11,828 nt of DNA, taken from a virus. Lineage: Duplodnaviria > Heunggongvirae > Uroviricota > Caudoviricetes. Shown here in pieces: positions 6,409-11,828 of this stretch. The stretch lies in IMG/VR virus record IMGVR_UViG_3300035516_000805. One strand, given 5' to 3'. A program made the translations under genes and the position numbers. The notes under the pieces are model-generated. The model did not search any database. It was given only the letters and a program-made list of their open reading frames with translations, and was not told where the DNA came from. Position 1 is the stretch's first letter. Each line of letters begins with the position of its first letter.

Positions 6409-6526
6409 CTTAGGTAGAGTACTATCTAAGTAATGGAAGTTTTGTTTTAATAAAAATTTCGATTTTACCGTAAATTCTAAAGAATTTATGGTGTAATGGA
6501 AATTCTGTAAAAACAGAACTTCCATT
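6409..6526. repeat. Palindrome cluster, partial copy of the 11560-11828 array
   Basis: 6449-6490 is identical to 11635-11676 (42 bp). The hairpin at 6495-6526 recurs at 11804-11828. The hairpin at 6409-6430 resembles 11711-11738. Confidence 0.88.
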
Positions 6527-6569
6527 TTACATTATTTATATATCAAATAAGATATTGGAGGATAATAAT

Positions 6570-8690
6570 ATGGCACAGTCAACAAGAGAAGGAATAGAAC
6601 AGGCAATATTATTGGAACAGCTATTGTTATTACCATTTAGTATTTGGGTAGACAGAGTAGCCCCGGATGTAAAAGAAAAATATAGAGATTTCTTTGAACG
6701 TATGAGTGTAATCACTGATAACGGCAGATATGACCCTTATATGTTATCTATTGATAATGACGAAATGGGTTTAGACTTTCAAAGTTTCTTAAAAGAAAAA
6801 CTTTTAGAGCATCCTGAAACACAGTTTTTAATTTTGGAAGATTCAAAAAATGACAGTGTTGTTGTAGGATGTAATGCACAAGGTAAGAAAATCGTTGAAA
6901 GTATACAGGCAGAATGGTTACTTCAAAAGAATAAGGCACGTCCAATGAGATTAACGTTGGATGAATTTAAAGATTTATATGAAGGACAGGAAATGGTGGA
7001 AATACCTTTAACGCCTGACCAAATGGATAAACTGATACAGACAAAGAACTTTTCATACGCCTTGGATGAAAAAACAGGAACAGCTACACTGTTAAAGTCA
7101 GACTTTATTCATTTGGAACATAATATGGATAATGACTTACTGACAATACTGTTACAGGCAGATGTTAATGCAGTAACGGCAAAGACACAGAACGCTAAAT
7201 ATGAAAATAATTTAAAGTATAAGTTATCAGAATACGTTGAAAATGAAGAAAATATTTACATTGCGCCAATGGGAAAAGGTGATTACTATATCCGTAAATC
7301 ATATGGTATGGTACAATTAATTGACAAACAGGGTATGCCGGTTAAAGGAATGGAAGTAAATGTTGCAGAATTTCATAAAAACAAAGATAGTATGTCTAAA
7401 ATGGAAAAACTGCAGTTTTATAACAAATTAAATACGATTTTTTCTCTGGTAAAGGACCCGATAAAGATTAATCAGGATGTGAAAGACAGAATCAGTGCAG
7501 AAAATAAAACTGAGAATAAAGACGTTCAGATTAAAGAATTTATTGAAGACCATTTATTTACCGGAGATATAACTGATTTTATCCAAGATAAAAATTATAT
7601 GATTAATCTTGATAGAATAGGTGCAGACTTTATTAAGGACGAACATGGTGTTGTCATTGATGTTGAATATGGCAGGGCTATTACAGAAAACGATTCCTTT
7701 ATCATTCAAAAAAATTATAATATCAATGAACTGGAAGAAGAGAATAAGTTTTTACAGGAAGTTTTAAACTCTGTAAAGGATAATCAATATGATTCCAAGT
7801 ATGAAGCCAGACTGCAGGAAATAATGCCGGGTAAAGTTGATGTAGATAAAATTAAAAATCAAATTTTTAAGAATACTGATAAAATAACAAGGTCAGAGCA
7901 GAACCAACATGATAAAAAAGGTATTTTTAAACTTCAAGAGGCAAACATTGACAGTAAAAACTTAGCATATTTAAAGAACAGTAAGAACTTTATGGATGCA
8001 TTAAGAGTCAGTAAAGACAATTCAATACAAAAGGAATATGTCATCAATGAAGTAAACTCAGACCTGTTTAAAGACCCTAAAGAAGAAGTCATTATGAGCA
8101 GACTTGTAGGAATTGGCAAGGACAGTATCATTTCAGAGGAGCGTGATAAGACCATTAATAATATTGTTAAGGAATATCAGAAATTGTTAATCAAAGAAGG
8201 TGCTTCCGAAGCACATTTAAACGAAGCAGTCAGTAAGTTAAGAAATGCTTTGGAAAATTCTGATTATGGTAAAATTTATACACAAAGAGAGATTATCAGT
8301 ACAATTGAAGCTATGAAAGATGAACTATGGACGGTCAATGGTTCTCATCCATTTGCAAATATTACTGAGCAGGAATTAACGCAGCAGTTTGACGCTATTT
8401 TAAAACAAAATGATTTGGATGAGGCAGTACAAAAGAGATGCAGTAAGGTTGAAGATGTAATTAAAGACATTTCAGACCGTATTAAGAAAGAAGACTGTCC
8501 AACCAGATTGCAGAAGTCAATTGATAAACGTATAAATGAAACCGAGCCAAGTAAAGATATGATAAAGGAAACAAAGGATAGTCTTGACAGGATTCGAACA
8601 ATCTATATTAAAAAGTATATAGATGAACATGGACTGAATGATGAAAATGCTAACCGTAACTATGGCGGAGAACGTGAAAGGTTTTCATAA
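6570..8690 (+). CDS. Large hypothetical protein (~706 aa; start reassigned to ATG 6570)
   Basis: GGAGG RBS before ATG 6570. Long, uninterrupted, charged ORF. No motif that I can recognise. Confidence 0.85.
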   Translation: MAQSTREGIEQAILLEQLLLLPFSIWVDRVAPDVKEKYRDFFERMSVITDNGRYDPYMLSIDNDEMGLDFQSFLKEKLLEHPETQFLILEDSKNDSVVVGCNAQGKKIVESIQAEWLLQKNKARPMRLTLDEFKDLYEGQEMVEIPLTPDQMDKLIQTKNFSYALDEKTGTATLLKSDFIHLEHNMDNDLLTILLQADVNAVTAKTQNAKYENNLKYKLSEYVENEENIYIAPMGKGDYYIRKSYGMVQLIDKQGMPVKGMEVNVAEFHKNKDSMSKMEKLQFYNKLNTIFSLVKDPIKINQDVKDRISAENKTENKDVQIKEFIEDHLFTGDITDFIQDKNYMINLDRIGADFIKDEHGVVIDVEYGRAITENDSFIIQKNYNINELEEENKFLQEVLNSVKDNQYDSKYEARLQEIMPGKVDVDKIKNQIFKNTDKITRSEQNQHDKKGIFKLQEANIDSKNLAYLKNSKNFMDALRVSKDNSIQKEYVINEVNSDLFKDPKEEVIMSRLVGIGKDSIISEERDKTINNIVKEYQKLLIKEGASEAHLNEAVSKLRNALENSDYGKIYTQREIISTIEAMKDELWTVNGSHPFANITEQELTQQFDAILKQNDLDEAVQKRCSKVEDVIKDISDRIKKEDCPTRLQKSIDKRINETEPSKDMIKETKDSLDRIRTIYIKKYIDEHGLNDENANRNYGGERERFS

Positions 8691-8708
8691 ATGAAAGGTT
8701 TTCATAAA
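8675..8708 (+). repeat. 17-bp tandem duplication spanning the stop codon
   Basis: TGAAAGGTTTTCATAAA at 8675-8691 and again at 8692-8708. Confidence 0.9.
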
Positions 8709-8713
8709 GGTTA

Positions 8714-8754
8714 AACTTTAAAGGGATAACTTAAATAGTTATCCCTTTAAAGTT
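8714..8754. terminator. Bidirectional terminator between convergent genes
   Basis: Perfect 18-bp arms AACTTTAAAGGGATAACT-taaat-AGTTATCCCTTTAAAGTT, overlapping the stop of the minus-strand gene. Confidence 0.85.
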
Positions 8755-9334
8755 ACAATATTTTATATTGATTTTGGAAAAATTCCAAGTCTTTTTGCAT
8801 TTCTTTATAATCTGTAAGTAAATTGTAAAACGTGGCTTTTTTTAAACCGGTCCTATTTAAAAATTCTTTAGATGTAATTACTTTATTTGTCCACAGAATA
8901 TATAATTCTTCCCAGTTATCAGGATAGTTTATCTTATTTCGACCTGAATTTTTATGCCGATTAACAGGTAATTTAACAATATTAGTATTACTGTTTAAAA
9001 TAGTTTGTAATATAGTTGTTAATATAGCTTTATTTATTGGCTGAGATATTCCAAAAATGTATGTTGCTTCAATGCTGCAGATTATAAGATACATAGAATT
9101 TTTAATAAACCATTCTAATTGATTAGAAATATCTGCCTCATTTAATCCAAGTGAAGATGAATCGTTAATTATAAGAATATCATCAGAGGACATTTTATTT
9201 TTTAACTTTTCAAGTTCTCTAAAAGACCGTCTGCTTTCAGCGATAACAGTAATATTTTCTAGTTTATTAATATTAATAACATCCTTAAATGATGAAATAT
9301 CTTCTGTATTTTTTATATATATATAGGTATCCAT
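8753..9334 (-). CDS. Serine-resolvase-like protein with C-terminal HTH and degenerate catalytic motifs (start reassigned to ATG 9334)
   Basis: AAAGAGG RBS before MDTYIYIK. Resolvase-like length and layout. C-terminal GRNKI hook and TGLKKATFYNLL HTH are retained. YxRVS reads YIYIKN and DRLxR reads DSSSLG. Confidence 0.7.
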   Translation of the reverse strand: MDTYIYIKNTEDISSFKDVININKLENITVIAESRRSFRELEKLKNKMSSDDILIINDSSSLGLNEADISNQLEWFIKNSMYLIICSIEATYIFGISQPINKAILTTILQTILNSNTNIVKLPVNRHKNSGRNKINYPDNWEELYILWTNKVITSKEFLNRTGLKKATFYNLLTDYKEMQKDLEFFQNQYKIL

Positions 9335-9350
9335 AAAATTAACCTCTTTC

Positions 9351-11420
9351 TTAGAATATACCAAAGTATTTAGGCTTAATATGAGAAACTTTTTCAAATT
9401 CTTTCCGGTTTACGGATATTTTTGAAGAATCTCTTGTTGAAATGTTTTTTGCCTCTAATTCAGGCGGTAACGTATTAAACCATGACGTTAAACGTTTTTT
9501 ACTGTCCGCATCATTTCCTAATTCTATAATTACATGTGAATTTGTAAAAGTAAAGGCTTTTTTATTTTGAGAATAAAAATCACTAATCTCTTTAAAAGTC
9601 TCATCAAAAATAGAATGAGCGTTACTAGCATAATCATTATTCCATGTAAGTTCTTTCATATAAGAAGGAACAGTATAACCGTAATCTTCTAAAATTGATA
9701 TTATTGTTTTAGAAGATTTATTCATTATATCAGGATACCAAGAATCTGCACGGTCTTTACTGTAAATGATATAATCGAGTAATTTTTTAACTTCATCAAG
9801 CATCCTTCTGCTATATTCTCTGTAAAATCCTGTTCCAAGCCGTCTAATAATAGCATCACCTAACCCTTTTTTTGCACTTCTATCAGTTGTACTTGGTAAA
9901 GCTCCATCAAAACTTAAAAATACCATTCTTTTTCTGATAGGTTCATCGGGACTTTCTACATTATTACTTGCAAATGCAATCATTGGCTGCGTTTCAAGCT
10001 GAGTATCTTCACATTTATTAATATTTTTTATTGTATCTTTATTGTTTGAGAAAAATCGGTTATCTATTTCATCTATAAAAACCGGAATACCTTTACAGCT
10101 AACCTGAATATTTCTTATATCTTCTTTTTTACAGTCTTCTTTATTAATAACATTTAAATCTTTACCAGTCATCATTTTTAATATAGCACGGAACATAAAT
10201 GTTTTTCCACTATTTGACGTTTTAGACGTAGCCAGTAAAAATAATGGTAAACTATCATTAGAAACACCCATTAGTTTTGCAGTACAACGTAATTTGGCGT
10301 TATATGGAGAACAAAACATAGCATTTAAAAGTTTAAAATGAGTTTCTTTTAATCGGGGTTTATTACCAACAAAATCATCAAAATTATTAAAAATTCCTAA
10401 TAATTCTTCTATATCATTTTTTACTTCATCTTCAGTAGGATTAAGATTCATAGGGCTACCATTTAATTTTATTATGCCTTCATCATAATCAATTTCCATA
10501 CTAGGATAAGATTCTGTAGTATTTCTAATTTCAATCTTTCTTTTTTGAATTAGTTTTTTATTATTAAATTCTAATTTTTCTACGGTTTTAGGAGCAAATT
10601 CAATAAGACCATTTTTTGATTTTAAATTAATATTAGCAATCTTGTCATATTCTTCTTTAATTTTTTGATGTTCAATATTATATTGAATATTTTCTAAAAT
10701 TATATCATCATTTTGCATAGGATGTTGTAAAATAACAGTTTTACCTGTTTCTTTTACTTTTTTAATAATTGCATTGGATTCTATAAAATCATCAGTCTTT
10801 TTAGTAGTAATAATCTCAGCAGGAATATCCTCAGAATTTTCCCATGCCGTTTCAAAATCAGTTAAATATGACTCGTATGCATATTCTGTATCATCACATT
10901 CATAAAACTCCATATGTTCACCGTTCCAAGCCCTATTAGACATATTTGCTGATGTTGTAATAACTCTGGTTTTACCATTATCGGCTTTTAATAAATAAAT
11001 TTTTCTATGGTCGAGTATAAAAGTAGGTGTATGTATCACTAAATCACCGTTAAGCACCATATCTGATAAATATGGATGTTTTCTGACTGCATCCGCCGCT
11101 TCTTTAGCATTAGTTAAAGTTTCTATTAAAAATTCTGTTGTTTTAATATCTTTTTGAACTAAAAAAGAAGCCCCTAAAAGAATTTCACCATACTTGAAAT
11201 TCTTCATAATTTTATCAATAAAATTAATGTCATAAGAAAATGTAATTGCGTAAATAGTATCAAAGCCGGAAAATAATTCGTCTACTGTTTGATATGATAT
11301 ACCTGTCATTTTTGTATTATAACATTTTATCTGGTACTCGTCTGACTTTAAATTTCCATCAATTACAGTTAAATTATTAAGTGAATTACTGTCATCGAAT
11401 AAGCTTATTTGTTCATCCAT
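9351..11420 (-). CDS. PLD (HKD)-family nuclease fused to an SF3/AAA+-like P-loop ATPase (start reassigned to ATG 11420)
   Basis: GGAGGA RBS before MDEQISLF. N-terminal DHRKIYLL...TTSANMS...HMEF (a single HxK/SxN/E motif). C-terminal Walker A SNSGKT, Walker B PVFIDEI, motif C IAFASN and arginine finger IRKRMVFL. Confidence 0.82.
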   Translation of the reverse strand: MDEQISLFDDSNSLNNLTVIDGNLKSDEYQIKCYNTKMTGISYQTVDELFSGFDTIYAITFSYDINFIDKIMKNFKYGEILLGASFLVQKDIKTTEFLIETLTNAKEAADAVRKHPYLSDMVLNGDLVIHTPTFILDHRKIYLLKADNGKTRVITTSANMSNRAWNGEHMEFYECDDTEYAYESYLTDFETAWENSEDIPAEIITTKKTDDFIESNAIIKKVKETGKTVILQHPMQNDDIILENIQYNIEHQKIKEEYDKIANINLKSKNGLIEFAPKTVEKLEFNNKKLIQKRKIEIRNTTESYPSMEIDYDEGIIKLNGSPMNLNPTEDEVKNDIEELLGIFNNFDDFVGNKPRLKETHFKLLNAMFCSPYNAKLRCTAKLMGVSNDSLPLFLLATSKTSNSGKTFMFRAILKMMTGKDLNVINKEDCKKEDIRNIQVSCKGIPVFIDEIDNRFFSNNKDTIKNINKCEDTQLETQPMIAFASNNVESPDEPIRKRMVFLSFDGALPSTTDRSAKKGLGDAIIRRLGTGFYREYSRRMLDEVKKLLDYIIYSKDRADSWYPDIMNKSSKTIISILEDYGYTVPSYMKELTWNNDYASNAHSIFDETFKEISDFYSQNKKAFTFTNSHVIIELGNDADSKKRLTSWFNTLPPELEAKNISTRDSSKISVNRKEFEKVSHIKPKYFGIF

Positions 11421-11559
11421 AAAATTTTCCTCCATTATAAAAGTCTATAAACTATTGTTATAAACTATTATAATTTAAGTCTAAAAATAAATCAATATTT
11501 TTAGACTATATATATTATAACTTTTAATGGACGCTCTTTATAAATTTGACTTAAATCGA

Positions 11560-11828
11560 AAATTCTATTAAAATAGAATTTCCATTATACTACAAGTTCT
11601 AAAGAACTTATAGTTTTCATCGAATTTTTATTAAAATAAAAATTTCGATTTTACCGTAAATTCTAAAGAATTTATGTCAGTTGGAAGTTTTCTAAACTTC
11701 CAACACTACTGATAGTAGTCTGAAGACTACTATCTAAGGTGTAATTAAAATAGAAGTTCTAAAAGAACTTCTATTAAACAAAACATTATTTATAATGTTT
11801 TAGGGAAATTCTGTAAAAAACAGAACTT
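11560..11828. repeat. Array of about nine closely spaced short inverted repeats
   Basis: IRs at 11560-11581, 11594-11609, 11620-11648, 11657-11674, 11680-11704, 11711-11734, 11749-11775, 11780-11801 and 11804-11828 (cut by the window edge). Several share AA(A/G)TTCT...AGAA(C/T)TT. Confidence 0.88.

Noticed and set aside
6748-6945. 65-aa minus-strand ORF
   Set aside because: It is antisense within the 706-aa gene, with no supporting signals.
7934-8155. 73-aa minus-strand ORF
   Set aside because: It is antisense within the 706-aa gene and its composition mirrors the sense strand.
9351-11420. Naming the PLD-ATPase as a specific restriction enzyme (for example NgoFVII)
   Set aside because: The PLD motif is similar, but there is no methyltransferase in the window and the motor is SF3/AAA+-like, so a gene symbol is not supported.
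11560-11828. CRISPR array
   Set aside because: There is no constant repeat with regular unique spacers, the modules differ in length and sequence, and there are no cas genes.

Overview
AT-rich accessory region that looks like part of a large plasmid or integrative element from a low-GC Firmicute (Clostridia/Lachnospiraceae-like; the host is inferred, not shown). From left to right: a lipoprotein thermonuclease; a HipA/CtkA-like kinase gene cut off after its N-terminal part and joined directly to the C-terminal half of an IS200/IS605 TnpB that keeps its omega-RNA and right end; the 3' stub of a DUF488-like gene; several small hypothetical genes with two more isolated IS200/IS605-type end hairpins; a DUF1828-only gene; a MOBV (Mob/Pre) relaxase; a repeat-rich intergenic region with three oriT-like repeats; and an orphan gene of about 706 aa. 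On the minus strand is a two-gene operon: a PLD (HKD) nuclease fused to an SF3/AAA+-like ATPase, followed by a catalytically dead serine-resolvase-like HTH protein. Upstream of this operon is a dense array of short palindromes whose modules recur at two other places in the window. By manual scan the window has no GATC site. The best candidate for an undescribed system is the PLD-ATPase plus dead resolvase plus palindrome array.
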